From Nitrosopumilus sp. (lineage in GTDB: Archaea; Thermoproteota; Nitrososphaeria; Nitrososphaerales; Nitrosopumilaceae), in contig CBDBLO010000002.1 of NCBI GenBank assembly GCA_965207075.1, positions 384,001 through 448,000 of the forward strand: DNA of 64,000 nucleotides. Direction: 5' to 3'. The stretch's first letter is position 1, and each line of letters opens with the position of its first letter. The notes beneath the pieces are model-generated. The model made no database searches. It saw only the letters and a program-made list of their open reading frames with translations, and was not told the origin of the DNA. This document shows positions 17,670-28,050 of the stretch, in pieces. Made by a program: the position numbers and the translations under genes.

Positions 17670-18746
17670 ATGAAGGCTGTGGTGTACGAGGAGTACGCAC
17701 CTGACGACAACTATGCCCGTATACTGCAGGTCAAGGATATTGACGATCCAAAGCCAAAGTCCAACGAGGTCGTGTTTGAGGTAAAGGCGGCAGCCCTGAA
17801 CTACAACGACATCTGGGGCATGAGGGGCCAGCCCGTGGCAGTCCCGCTGCCGCACGTGTCGGGCTCTGACGCGGCCGGTGACGTGATCGCTGTGGGCGAC
17901 GACGTCCGGGACATAAAGGTGGGCGACAGGGTCGTATCCCACTCCAACATGGCCTGCAGGGTCTGCACAGCGTGCACCGACGGGCGCGAGTTTGACTGTA
18001 CGAGGCGCACCATATGGGGCTTCCAGACGGGGCCCACGTGGGGCGCATACCAGGAGGTGACGCACCTGCCGGAGGTCAACGTCTCGAAGATACCAGAGTC
18101 CGTGTCGTACGACGAGGCGGCCGCGTCATCCATGACGCTCCTGACGTCGTGGCACATGCTGGTGGGCAGGGCGAAGATAACGCCGGGGCAGACCGTGCTG
18201 ATAATGGGTGGCGGCTCCGGAGTCGGGAGCTTTGGGATTCAGATTGCAAAACTGTACAACTGCGATGTCATCGCGACCGCGAGCCCCGACAAGCTCGACA
18301 AGTGCCGTGAGCTCGGGGCCGACTATGCGGTGGACCACCGCAAGGAGGACTGGCACAAGGAGGTTCGCGCAATTTCCAAGGAGATCGCAAAGAGAAAGGG
18401 CGAGGCGCCGGGCATCGACATTTCATTCGATCACATAGGCCAGACGCACTGGAACAAGCAGCTTACCCTGCTAAAGTACGGGGCGACGCTGGTCTCGTGC
18501 GGCGCCACCACCGGGTATGACGCCCATACCGACCTGCGACACATATTCTTCAAGGGCACCAACATACTGGGCTCCACGCAGGGCACAAAGGCCGAGTTTG
18601 ACCAGGGCCTTTACTGGATGGGCCAGGGCAAGATCAAGTCCCAGATCGACTCCGTATACTCATACGAGCAGGCGGCCGAGGCACACACAAAGATGCTCAC
18701 CGGCAAGGGGCTCTTTGGAAAGATACTCCTAAAGTCGCAGGGCTGA
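17670..18746 (+). CDS. Zn-dependent medium-chain alcohol dehydrogenase/enoyl reductase family protein
   Basis: MKAVVY, AAALNYND, structural Zn CRVCTAC...C, GGGSGVG; candidate acryloyl-CoA reductase-like (inference). Confidence 0.88.
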   Translation: MKAVVYEEYAPDDNYARILQVKDIDDPKPKSNEVVFEVKAAALNYNDIWGMRGQPVAVPLPHVSGSDAAGDVIAVGDDVRDIKVGDRVVSHSNMACRVCTACTDGREFDCTRRTIWGFQTGPTWGAYQEVTHLPEVNVSKIPESVSYDEAAASSMTLLTSWHMLVGRAKITPGQTVLIMGGGSGVGSFGIQIAKLYNCDVIATASPDKLDKCRELGADYAVDHRKEDWHKEVRAISKEIAKRKGEAPGIDISFDHIGQTHWNKQLTLLKYGATLVSCGATTGYDAHTDLRHIFFKGTNILGSTQGTKAEFDQGLYWMGQGKIKSQIDSVYSYEQAAEAHTKMLTGKGLFGKILLKSQG

Positions 18747-18752
18747 TCGCAG

Positions 18753-19640
18753 TTGCCGCCGCGGCTATTCCGCAGTCTCTGCTTTGTTCCTGGAAACAAC
18801 CCAAGGTTTATTGAAAAGGCAAAGAGCCTGAGGGCCGACATCGTCTGCTTTGATCTAGAGGACTCGGTCCCGGACGTCCAGAAAAGGGAGGCCCGGCAGA
18901 TGATACGGCAGGCGCTCCGCGACCGCGGCTCGTACGCGGCCGGCGCAGTGTACGTGCGGACAAACTCGCCCGCCTCCGGGCTCATACCGTCGGACCTGGG
19001 GGAGGTGGTTCGCCGCGGGATAGACGGCGTGGTGATCCCAAAGCTGGACAACAAGGCCCAGCTCAAGAGAATAGTAAAGGTGCTGGAGGACTTGGAGCGC
19101 CGCCGCCACCTGGGGCCGGTCGGCGTGATGCCGTCAATCGAGTCGGCCGAGGGCGTGGTGAAGGCGTACGAGATTGCCTCGTCCGGTGGCAGCAGCAGGC
19201 ATTCCAGGATAGACTGCGTGATATTCGGGGTCTTTGACCTGCTTGCCGACATGGGGATAGAGTATACGGCGCAGTCGGACGCCGCCCGGTACGCGCGTGC
19301 AAGGGTGGCGCTTGACGCGAGGGCGGCAGGCGTGCCCGCGATCGACGGCATATGGCAGAACCTCAAGGACGCCAAGGGGCTTGAGCGCGACTGCATGCTT
19401 GGCAGGTCGCTTGGATTCGCCGGCAAGAGCGTGATCCATCCGGATCAGATCGACACGGTGCACAGGGTGTTCCACCCCACTAGGTCGGAGGTGGACTGGG
19501 CGCGCAAGGTCGCCGACGCGTACGCAAAGTCTGCAGCAAAGGGCAGGGGGGCCACCGCGGTGGAGGGGCAGATGATCGACGAGGTCCACTACAAGCAGGC
19601 CAAGGCGGTCCTCGACCTGGCCGCGGATCCCGCCGGCTGA
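18753..19640 (+). CDS. CoA ester lyase (CitE/HpcH-HpaI family)
   Basis: RSLCFVPGN, FDLEDSV, IESAEGV, GFAGKSVIHPDQI, GQMIDEVH. Confidence 0.92.
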   Translation: MPPRLFRSLCFVPGNNPRFIEKAKSLRADIVCFDLEDSVPDVQKREARQMIRQALRDRGSYAAGAVYVRTNSPASGLIPSDLGEVVRRGIDGVVIPKLDNKAQLKRIVKVLEDLERRRHLGPVGVMPSIESAEGVVKAYEIASSGGSSRHSRIDCVIFGVFDLLADMGIEYTAQSDAARYARARVALDARAAGVPAIDGIWQNLKDAKGLERDCMLGRSLGFAGKSVIHPDQIDTVHRVFHPTRSEVDWARKVADAYAKSAAKGRGATAVEGQMIDEVHYKQAKAVLDLAADPAG

Positions 19641-19747
19641 GCATGCGCCTTTTCGCCATCGTCGTTACATGGGCGGCGTCACGGGCGGTTGGACGATATA
19701 CGTCGCCAACAACAACATGTTAATTTGACACGCCCCTTGTATGACAG

Positions 19748-20464
19748 ATGGTAAACCTGCTCGACCCCTCAAACGTGATAAGGTCCATGTTTGACGCGGG
19801 CCGGTACGAGAAGATGCACGACTATTGCAAGCAGATGCTCGCAAGAGACCCGGATGACATGACCGCCCTGCAGAACATCGCGCTCGCGCTCATATGCATG
19901 GGGCGCCACGGGGAGGCCCTGCCGTACTGTGACAGGGTGCTAAAGCTGAGGCCGTACGACGAGTACGCGCTCAGGAACAGGCTGTCCGCGCTCGAGGCCC
20001 TTGACATGCACGATGAGGCGATCGACACGTGCAAGCAGATGCTGCAGTCAAACCCCGGCGACGTGACGGCGCTTACGGGAGTCGCGCTAGCACTCACCCG
20101 GACGGGCCGGCACGCAGAGTCCCTCCCGTACTATGACAGGGCCCTTGAGGCGTCGCCGGACGACGTGACGGCCCTGCTCAACAAGGCGCTCTCTATGACG
20201 TACCTTGGCAGGTACGTGGACGCCCTGCGGCTGTATGACGCGGCAGGGGGAAGGGTGGACAAGCAGGTTGCAAGGGACGTCTCTGCCGCCCGCTCCCGGA
20301 TCTTTTCCAAGCTGGGAAGGGACGACGAGGCGTTTCTGGCGGCCCAGGGCGTGCGGGACGGGGACATGGCGCGTATAATATCTGACGCAAAGGACAGCAA
20401 CTGCTCCGTGTTCCACCAGTTCTGCGACAAAGAGTACTCTGAGATGACGTCAGGCGACACCTGA
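19748..20464 (+). CDS. Tetratricopeptide repeat protein
   Basis: Repeated 34-aa ALxxxxxAL...G...EAL..YDRAL...P units. Confidence 0.88.
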   Translation: MVNLLDPSNVIRSMFDAGRYEKMHDYCKQMLARDPDDMTALQNIALALICMGRHGEALPYCDRVLKLRPYDEYALRNRLSALEALDMHDEAIDTCKQMLQSNPGDVTALTGVALALTRTGRHAESLPYYDRALEASPDDVTALLNKALSMTYLGRYVDALRLYDAAGGRVDKQVARDVSAARSRIFSKLGRDDEAFLAAQGVRDGDMARIISDAKDSNCSVFHQFCDKEYSEMTSGDT

Positions 20465-20547
20465 CGGCGTGACGACGTCACAAGACGCTTCGCGTGCGCC
20501 GGCGTCACTTTGATTATATTTGCCCCCGCCGCATACACGTCACCAAA

Positions 20548-21132
20548 ATGTTCACTGGAATCATAGAGAATACCGGTCTGGTCAAGAGCATCACCACGAG
20601 CACGTCCGGCCGGAGCGCGGCCAAGCTCGTGGTGGACCTGCAGAAGAAACCCAGGGGACTGAAAGAGGGGCAGAGCGTAGCGCTCAACGGCGTGTGCCTC
20701 ACGGCCGTGGCCATAGACGGCTCCGAGTGCACCTTTGAGCTTGTAGAGGAGACGATCAAGAAGACCAGCCTCGGGGGCCTGAAGGCGGGCAGCATCATAA
20801 ACGTGGAGCGCAGCCTCAAGGTGGGCGACAGGCTCGAGGGGCACTTCGTACTCGGGCACGTCGACGGCAGGGCCACCATCACCAAGATGCAGGAGAAGCC
20901 CGGCGAGGTGCGCATGTGGTTCCGCATACCAAAGCGCCTTGCCAAGTACGTGGTGAAGAAGGGCTCCGTCGCGCTTGACGGCATAAGCCTGACCATAGTG
21001 TCAGTCAGGGACCGCACCGCCTCGGTCTCGCTCATACCGCATACGGTGCAGGTGACAAACCTGTCTGCCAAGAAGGCGGGTGACAAGCTAAATATCGAGA
21101 CTGACGTGCTGGGCAAGTACATACTGGACTGA
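20548..21132 (+). CDS. ribE: Riboflavin synthase (bacterial-type alpha chain)
   Basis: MFTGIIE, GQSVALNGVCLT, GHFVLGHVDG, KGSVALDGISLT, NIETDVLGKY. Confidence 0.95.
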   Translation: MFTGIIENTGLVKSITTSTSGRSAAKLVVDLQKKPRGLKEGQSVALNGVCLTAVAIDGSECTFELVEETIKKTSLGGLKAGSIINVERSLKVGDRLEGHFVLGHVDGRATITKMQEKPGEVRMWFRIPKRLAKYVVKKGSVALDGISLTIVSVRDRTASVSLIPHTVQVTNLSAKKAGDKLNIETDVLGKYILD

Positions 21133-21206
21133 CCGGTCATAACCCACATGTGGGTAATTACCAATATGTTGGTAAGCTTTATAGTCGGATCATGCGGATT
21201 CCCCGC

Positions 21207-21881
21207 ATGGCATCCCTTGATGACGCGCTCGCATCCCTGAGGCGCGGCGAGTTCGTACTGCTGCACGACTCGGAGGGCAGGGAGGACGAGGTCGACATGG
21301 TGGCGTACGCCGGGACGGCAAGCCCGGAGCACGTGGCAAGGATGCGGCAGCGCGCCGGCGGACTGCTGTGCGTTGCAGTGGACTACGAGTTTGCCCGCTC
21401 AGTCGGGATACGGTACATGCACGACATATTGGCCGATTCGGGGGCCGCCGCATGCGACAAGTCCATGATAATGGGACTCGCCCCGTACGGGGACCGCTCC
21501 ACGTTCTCGATATCGGTAAACTCCAGGCGCACGTACACCGGCATAACCGACAGGGACCGCTCCGCCACCATATCGGACCTTGCGCGCGTGTATGATGCCG
21601 ACGACATGGCTGGGGCGTTTGCAAAGTCGTTCCGGACGCCGGGGCACGTCCCGCTGCTTATCGCGTCAAAGAACCTGCTGGAGGAGCGCCAGGGGCACAC
21701 CGAGATGTCTATCTATCTGGCAAAGGCCGCCGGACTCCGGCCCGTCATGGCAATGTGCGAGATGATGGACGCGCAGACGTACGCGGCGCTGTCAGTTGAC
21801 AAGGCATCCAGGTTCGCCGCGCAGCACGGCATGCCGCTTGTCGACGGCAGGGAATTGGCCGAATATGCTAGGGTGCACTGA
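21207..21881 (+). CDS. ribB: 3,4-dihydroxy-2-butanone-4-phosphate synthase
   Basis: DSEGREDEVD, TGITDRDRSATI, FRTPGHV, RQGHTE, CEMM. Confidence 0.95.
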   Translation: MASLDDALASLRRGEFVLLHDSEGREDEVDMVAYAGTASPEHVARMRQRAGGLLCVAVDYEFARSVGIRYMHDILADSGAAACDKSMIMGLAPYGDRSTFSISVNSRRTYTGITDRDRSATISDLARVYDADDMAGAFAKSFRTPGHVPLLIASKNLLEERQGHTEMSIYLAKAAGLRPVMAMCEMMDAQTYAALSVDKASRFAAQHGMPLVDGRELAEYARVH

Positions 21882-21883
21882 AA

Positions 21884-22300
21884 TTGAGGATATCAATCGT
21901 AGTGGCCGAGTTCAACTATGACGTGACGTCGCGGATGTACGAGGTGGCAAAGGAGAGGGCCGCTGCCCTGAACCTTGAGATAGTGCACACCGCCTGGGTG
22001 CCGGGCGTGTTTGACATGCCCGTGGTGGCCGACGCGCTGCTGCGCCGGGACGACGTGGACGGGGTGGCGGCGATTGGGGCCGTAATAAAGGGGCAGACCA
22101 AGCATGATGAGGTCATAGCCCACTCCACTACGCGCGCCCTTGCAGACCTCTCCGTGAAGCACGGCAAGCCCGTGTCGCTCGGCGTGACGGGGCCCGGCAT
22201 GCAGGAGAGGCACGCGTTTGCGCGGATCAGGCCCGTCGCGGAACGCGCCGTGGAGGCGCTGCTGAAGATAGACGGGGAGCTTGCAAAGATACGCATGTGA
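21884..22300 (+). CDS. ribH: 6,7-dimethyl-8-ribityllumazine synthase
   Basis: IVVAEFN, VPGVFDMP, GAVIKGQTKHDEVI, KPVSLGVTGPG. Confidence 0.95.
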   Translation: MRISIVVAEFNYDVTSRMYEVAKERAAALNLEIVHTAWVPGVFDMPVVADALLRRDDVDGVAAIGAVIKGQTKHDEVIAHSTTRALADLSVKHGKPVSLGVTGPGMQERHAFARIRPVAERAVEALLKIDGELAKIRM

Positions 22301-22385
22301 CTGGTGCGACTATGATGACAGTTATGATGACGGTTACGATGACGGTTACGATGACGGCGGCAGCAACTACGAGGGGTGCGACAAG

Positions 22386-23231
22386 ATGGTACAGCTGAGC
22401 GTCCTGAAGATCGAGGAGTACGGGCCGTGGACGCTCACGCTTGGGAGCGACAGGGAGCACGAGCTGCAGATGCTCCAGTCGAGGCTTTACGACAGGGTCC
22501 AGGGTCTGTTTTCCGAGCGCGACTGCCTTGTGTTTGCAAACCGTGCCGACGAGCTGTTCGCCCTCAGTTCCGGGCTTGGCGTGGACGGGCACGTAGCAAT
22601 ACAGGATGCGCTGGCAGCAGAGTTTGCCGACATCCGCGTGCGAATGTCGATTGGGAGCGGCCGGACGCCGGCCGCCGCCGACGCGGCCGCCGACGGCGCA
22701 ACGCGCGCGGCCGATACGCGCAACGCGGGCGACAACGGCGGCGGCAACCACGAACGCGCCGGCATGATATTCGGTGGGGATGCCGCGGCACAATCAGATT
22801 CAGGCGACAACGTAAGCATAATGCACATGGACATAGACGGACTGAGCGGCCGCCGCCGACGCGGCGCAAGCCCGTACGAGATCTCTCTTCTGATGTTCGG
22901 GCTGTACCACAAGATGTCCGAATACTTTTACCGCGAATACGAGTCGCTTGCGTTCTTCATGGGCGGGGACAACTTTATGATTGTATGCTCAGACGAGGCC
23001 AGGGAGTCTGGCGGCCGAGGGTTCGTGGACGCGGTGGAGCGGCAGGACGGCATACGCCTGAACTGCGGGATAGGCAGCGGCAGGAACGGACGGGAGGCTG
23101 CCATGCGCGCGACCGAGTCGCTTGACATGATAAGAAGGATGCGCGATGAGAGTGGCAGCAGCAGCAACAGCGCAGGATCGGAGGGAGAGTGGCCGCGCGT
23201 GTACGAGCATGCGACCGGGCGGCGCCTCTGA
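22386..23231 (+). CDS. gch3: GTP cyclohydrolase IIa/III
   Basis: YGPWTLTLGSDREHELQMLQ, HMDID, FFMGGDNF, GIGSG..GREA; inside the riboflavin cluster. Confidence 0.9.
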   Translation: MVQLSVLKIEEYGPWTLTLGSDREHELQMLQSRLYDRVQGLFSERDCLVFANRADELFALSSGLGVDGHVAIQDALAAEFADIRVRMSIGSGRTPAAADAAADGATRAADTRNAGDNGGGNHERAGMIFGGDAAAQSDSGDNVSIMHMDIDGLSGRRRRGASPYEISLLMFGLYHKMSEYFYREYESLAFFMGGDNFMIVCSDEARESGGRGFVDAVERQDGIRLNCGIGSGRNGREAAMRATESLDMIRRMRDESGSSSNSAGSEGEWPRVYEHATGRRL

Positions 23232-23290
23232 CCCGTGGGTATCTGATTATGATGACGGTGACGACGACGGTGACGACGACGGTGATGTGA

Positions 23291-24541
23291 ATGGCGCGCA
23301 TCCGTCTGTTCAAGAACGCGTCGGTCTTGGCGGGCCCCGAGCTCAGGTACGTGCGGGACGCCGACATTGCAGTCTCAAATGACACGTTTGAATACGTGGG
23401 GCCTTCCGGCAGCAGGCCGCGGCCGGCCCCGGGCCGCGATGCCGGCGACGCAGATGCGGCTCCCTCGACCCATGACTGCACCGGGCTTCTTGTAATCCCG
23501 GGACTGGTGAACTGCCACACCCACGTCGGCGACTCCGTGGGAAAGGATGCCCGGCTCGAGGGGACGGTGGACTACAAGATACACCCCGTGTTCGGGCTAA
23601 AATCCAAGATACTCTCGGAGACCCCCCCTGGCGTACTAGTGGATTTCATGGCAAACTCGTGCTCCTCGATGGTTCGGAGCGGGACAACAACCTTTGTGGA
23701 CTTTAGGGAGGGCGGCGTTGAGGGAGTCGCGTTACTCAGAAGGGCCCTCTCAAGGGTTCCCATACGCTGCGTCATAATGGGCCGCACTAACCATTACAGC
23801 GACGAGGACGGCATACGCCGCAACGCACCGCTCTCGGTATCAGGCGAGGACGAGCTGGACGATGTCATGCGGCGCTGCGACGGGCTGGGCGTCAGCGGGG
23901 CAAACGAGAACAGCGATGCCATGCTTGAACGCTACTCCAGGTGCGACGCGCTGCGCGCCATACACGCGTCAGAAACCGCGGAGAGCGTATCCCGCTCAGA
24001 GCAGATGACCGGCGTCTCTGAGACCGTCAGGGCCCTGGGGCTCCGGCCCCATTTTCTGGTGCACATGACCCATGCGTCAAAGGGCGATCTAGCGGCAGTC
24101 GCAGGCTCCCCCGGCGTGAGGGGCATTGTGGTGTGCCCGAGGGCCAACGCCGCCCTGGCAGAGGGGATGCCGGACATCACGTCCATGAGGCGCCTGTCGA
24201 ACCGCAGGCTGGCGCTCGGCACCGACAACGTCATGGTCAATATGCCTGACATGTTCAGGGAGATGGACTACACGTGGAAGGCGGCCATGGGTATGGATAG
24301 GGCGCGGGTGGATCCTGCCGAGATACTGCGGATGGCGACCGTGAACGCCGGCATGATACTGGGCAGAAAGATAGGGCAGGTCGCGCCCGGCATGCTCGCC
24401 GACTGCGTCTTTCTGGACAAGCACGCAATCGATCTGGAGCCGGTGCACAATCCCTATGCGGCGGTGGTCCACAGGGCGTCGGCATCGTCAATAAGGGCCG
24501 TGATGATAGGGGGTAGGATGGTGCATGGCTCGCTTGACTAG
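23291..24541 (+). CDS. Metal-dependent amidohydrolase (deaminase-like)
   Basis: PGLVNCHTH, IHASE, VHMTH, LGTDN. Confidence 0.88.
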   Translation: MARIRLFKNASVLAGPELRYVRDADIAVSNDTFEYVGPSGSRPRPAPGRDAGDADAAPSTHDCTGLLVIPGLVNCHTHVGDSVGKDARLEGTVDYKIHPVFGLKSKILSETPPGVLVDFMANSCSSMVRSGTTTFVDFREGGVEGVALLRRALSRVPIRCVIMGRTNHYSDEDGIRRNAPLSVSGEDELDDVMRRCDGLGVSGANENSDAMLERYSRCDALRAIHASETAESVSRSEQMTGVSETVRALGLRPHFLVHMTHASKGDLAAVAGSPGVRGIVVCPRANAALAEGMPDITSMRRLSNRRLALGTDNVMVNMPDMFREMDYTWKAAMGMDRARVDPAEILRMATVNAGMILGRKIGQVAPGMLADCVFLDKHAIDLEPVHNPYAAVVHRASASSIRAVMIGGRMVHGSLD

Positions 24542-25370
24542 GCGCGACAAAAACAACAATAACAACAACAACAGCAACCGCCCGGCCATGCCACGCGTCA
24601 TCATCAGCGCGGCCGTATCGGTGGACGGCAAGATCTCGCTTGCAGGGGGCCGCCGCGGCCCGCGTTCTCGCGCCCGCGCGCCTGCCAGGCTCTCCTCCGA
24701 ATCTGACGTGTCAAGGGTGCATAGGCTCAGGGCCAAATGCGACGCAATACTGGTGGGGGTCAACACGGTCCTCTCCGACGATCCGCTGCTTACCGTGCGG
24801 CATGCTCGCGCGGGGCGCAAGAGGGGCGGAAGCGGCGCCGCCACCGGCAGTCAGCCCGTCCGGGTCGTACTGGACTCGATGGCGAGAACCCCGCCCGCCT
24901 CGAAGGTGGCAGCGACAAGCCCCGGGACCAGAACGATAATCGCGGTGTCCGGGACGGCGCCCGAGCGGCGCATCCTGGCGCTGCGGCGGACGGGCGCGGA
25001 GGTTGTGACGGTGGGGCGAAAGGCAGTCGACGTGCGGCGGCTCTTGAGCCGTCTGGCAAAAGACGGGATCAGATCCGTTCTGGTGGAGGGCGGCGGCACC
25101 ACCAACTGGGAGTTTCTCCGCAGGAACCTAGTCGACGAGATTGTAGTGGCCGTATCACCCTACGTGCTGGGGGGCGGGCTGCGCGGCGCCGTCTCGTTCG
25201 TGGAGGGATCCGGGTTCCCAAGCGTGTCAGGCTCGCCCAAGCTTTCGCTGAGGTCTGCAAGGCGCCTTGGCGATCACGTCATATTGTCCTATGACGTTGG
25301 AGCGGGGGATGGTGGCAATGGCAACGGCGACGGCATTAGGAGGCCGCGTCGCGCAGGCTCTCGTACCTGA
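24525..25370 (+). CDS. 2,5-diamino-6-ribosylamino-pyrimidinone 5'-phosphate reductase (RibD C-terminal/ArfC type)
   Basis: SAAVSVDGKI, VHRLRA..DAILVGVNTVLSDDPLLTVR, LVEGGG; start may be 24588. Confidence 0.9.
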   Translation: MARLTRRDKNNNNNNNSNRPAMPRVIISAAVSVDGKISLAGGRRGPRSRARAPARLSSESDVSRVHRLRAKCDAILVGVNTVLSDDPLLTVRHARAGRKRGGSGAATGSQPVRVVLDSMARTPPASKVAATSPGTRTIIAVSGTAPERRILALRRTGAEVVTVGRKAVDVRRLLSRLAKDGIRSVLVEGGGTTNWEFLRRNLVDEIVVAVSPYVLGGGLRGAVSFVEGSGFPSVSGSPKLSLRSARRLGDHVILSYDVGAGDGGNGNGDGIRRPRRAGSRT

Positions 25371-25439
25371 CTGCCGTCCGGTTGCGGCACCGTGTGGCCG
25401 TGAAGAGATATAACCCCTGCACACTGCGTCCGTCCGTAC

Positions 25440-26000
25440 ATGCCGACTGCGTCGCTGCGCCGAGACCACGACCTCATCGAAAAGGTGACAAAGGCCATGG
25501 GCACCACCATAGAGGTGCTGCAGGGTGGCAAGCAGGTTCCCGAGTCCGTCCTGATGCAGGTGGTCGACTTTACGAAGAACTTTACTGACGTGTGCCACCA
25601 CACAAAGGAGGAAAAGTCGTTGTTTCCCGCCCTTGCAGACGCCGGCATGCCGACCAACATGGGGCCCATTGCCGTAATGCTGGCAGACCACCAGCGCTCG
25701 CGGGAGATCGGGCAGAGCATGGAGGCGTCTGCCCGCGCGTATCTGGAGTCCGGCGACCCGTCCGGGCTGGTACGTGACATGAAGGAGTACGTGGAGCACA
25801 TCACGGAGCACCTGTGGAAGGAGAACAACAGGCTGTTTGTCATGGCCGACGCACGCCTGCAGTACGTCTCTGAAAAGGTAGACGGCGAGCTTGGCCGCAT
25901 AGAGGGCGAGCAGCTGGACGCGTTAGGCAAGGACAGGCTCCACTATGAGAGGCTGGCCGACGATCTAGAGCTGGACGCCTCCGGACGCAGCCATCAGTGA
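25440..26000 (+). CDS. Hemerythrin domain-containing protein
   Basis: DH, HHTKEEKSLFP, MLADH, EHLWKENNRLF. Confidence 0.9.
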   Translation: MPTASLRRDHDLIEKVTKAMGTTIEVLQGGKQVPESVLMQVVDFTKNFTDVCHHTKEEKSLFPALADAGMPTNMGPIAVMLADHQRSREIGQSMEASARAYLESGDPSGLVRDMKEYVEHITEHLWKENNRLFVMADARLQYVSEKVDGELGRIEGEQLDALGKDRLHYERLADDLELDASGRSHQ

Positions 26001-26090
26001 CTGTCGCCGCGCGCCGGCAGACGCGCCAAAGGCGGCCGCGCAAATACTTTACGGATCTGGATCGAAGATGCCGGGGCCCTGCTTACCGGG

Positions 26091-27512
26091 TCACTCTACG
26101 TAATGCTGCTGCGTCAGGTTGTCGTAAAACCTGACTGACTTTACGTTTACAAACTCGAGCATCCCGTACCTGGAGAGCTCCCGCCCAAAACCGCTGTGCT
26201 TTATGCCGCCAAACGGCACGCGCGGGTCGGACACCACCACGTTGTTGACGCTCACTATTCCCGACTCGATCCTGTGGGAGATCTTTTCTGCCTTTGAGAG
26301 GTCCCTGGTCCATATGCTGGCGCCAAGCCCGTACTCGGAGTCGTTTGCCAGCCTGACCGCCTCGCCCTCGTTCTCCACTATGGTGATGGGCGCAACTGGG
26401 CCGAACGTCTCCTCCCTTGCGATCATCATGTCCTGGGTGACGCCGGATATCACGGTCGGCTTGTAAAAGTACCCGCCGCCCGATTCATCGTCAGCAGCGT
26501 CGCCGCATGTTTCGCCCCCGAGCAGTATGTTTGCCCCCTTTGCCTTGGCGTCCTCCACCATCTCCGATATCGACTCCAGCCCTGCCTTGCTTGAGACGGG
26601 GCCCAGGTCGGTGTCCATGTTCATGGGATCGCCCACCACGAGCTTCGATGCCATGCTCAGGAACTTTTCTATAAACTCCTCTGCCACCCCCTTCTGGACG
26701 AAGAACCTCTTTGAGGCCACGCAGCTCTGGCCGCAGTTGATGAACCTGCCCTTTACGGCCCCCTGCGCCGCGTCGTCGATCATCGCGTCGTCAAGCACTA
26801 CAAACGGGTCGCTTCCGCCCAGCTCGAGTACGCACTTTTTGAGTCCGGCGGCCGCCCTCTGCCCCACCTTGGCGCCCGCGACCGCGCTCCCGGTGAACGT
26901 GACGGCGTTGACGCCCTCCGAATCTATCAGGTGGTTTGCCGTCTCCGTGCTTCCTATCACGCACTGGAACACGCCGTCGGGCACGCCCGACTCCCTGAAC
27001 GCGGTCTCTATCTCTATGCCGGACTGCGGCGTGATGCTTGCCGGCTTCATTACGATGACGTTTCCGGCCATCAGGCAGGGGGCGGCGAACCTGAGCGCCT
27101 GCCAGTACGGAAAGTTCCACGGCATTATGGAGCCGATGGTCCCGAGCGGCTCGAACGTGACAAAGCTCTTTCTGGCGTCCGTGGTGAGCACCTCGTTGGA
27201 AAGGAAGCTGTCTCCGTGGTCCGCGTAAAACTCGAGGACCCACGCGCACTTTTCAATCTCCCCTATGGACTCCTTTATGACCTTGCCCATCTCGGCCGTG
27301 GCCACCCTTGCCAGCTTCTCCTTGTGGCTCCTCAGGTACTCGACCAGATTGTATATGTACCCGCGCCTCCTCTCGTAGTCCCTCTTCCATTCGGGAAAGA
27401 CACGCTGCGCCCTGTCCACTATCTCCGCGACCTGCGGCCCCGTCATCGCGGCATAGGTGTCTATGGCCCTGCCGGTGGCGGGGTTGGTGGTGCTGAATTC
27501 GGCGCCCTGCAT
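26091..27512 (-). CDS. NAD(P)-dependent aldehyde dehydrogenase (succinate-semialdehyde dehydrogenase-like)
   Basis: MPWNFP, FTGS, LELGGSDP, NCGQSC, EETFGP, PFGGIKHSGFGRE. Confidence 0.93.
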   Translation of the reverse strand: MQGAEFSTTNPATGRAIDTYAAMTGPQVAEIVDRAQRVFPEWKRDYERRRGYIYNLVEYLRSHKEKLARVATAEMGKVIKESIGEIEKCAWVLEFYADHGDSFLSNEVLTTDARKSFVTFEPLGTIGSIMPWNFPYWQALRFAAPCLMAGNVIVMKPASITPQSGIEIETAFRESGVPDGVFQCVIGSTETANHLIDSEGVNAVTFTGSAVAGAKVGQRAAAGLKKCVLELGGSDPFVVLDDAMIDDAAQGAVKGRFINCGQSCVASKRFFVQKGVAEEFIEKFLSMASKLVVGDPMNMDTDLGPVSSKAGLESISEMVEDAKAKGANILLGGETCGDAADDESGGGYFYKPTVISGVTQDMMIAREETFGPVAPITIVENEGEAVRLANDSEYGLGASIWTRDLSKAEKISHRIESGIVSVNNVVVSDPRVPFGGIKHSGFGRELSRYGMLEFVNVKSVRFYDNLTQQHYVE

Positions 27513-27514
27513 CT

Positions 27515-28006
27515 TCAGGCTCCCCTGTAGTTAGACTGTGATGCCGGTGATGATGATGCCGGCGCACCTGGCGCCGCATCTGACGCGGGCCCGTAGGCTG
27601 CCGCCCACCACGTGGCGCCCCTCAGGGCCTCGGAGTATGCGCCTATCATGGAGTGCATGTACCTGTCAAACGCCTTCATGCCCTGCGAGCGGGCCTTTGC
27701 GTACCACTGCAGGATGTCGCCGTATCCGTCAAGCTGCGCCAGCACGTGGTCCGTCGTCCTGTCCGCTGAGCGCCCGAACCTGTCCAGAAAGCCCGGGTCG
27801 GCGCCGCCCGCCATCCTGTCTAGGAGCTCCCGCTCTGAGAGCAAAAGCATGCCGAACACGTTGTCCAGCATGTGCAGGTACTCTTTGTACATGTCTGAGT
27901 ATATCTGAAAGTGGGTCGGCGACTGGAGTTCCATCTCCCTGAGCATCCTCGATGTGTTCTCCTTTATTATGTCCGTAAATGATACGGTGCCGGCGCCCTG
28001 TGACAT
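27515..28006 (-). CDS. Hypothetical helical protein
   Basis: Gene-like ORF from MSQGAG, directly upstream of the ALDH; an IS sits just upstream of it. Confidence 0.6.
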   Translation of the reverse strand: MSQGAGTVSFTDIIKENTSRMLREMELQSPTHFQIYSDMYKEYLHMLDNVFGMLLLSERELLDRMAGGADPGFLDRFGRSADRTTDHVLAQLDGYGDILQWYAKARSQGMKAFDRYMHSMIGAYSEALRGATWWAAAYGPASDAAPGAPASSSPASQSNYRGA

Positions 28007-28050
28007 TTCATGGTGCGTTTGTGCTTTGTATTTATGCGTATGGCGTGCCT

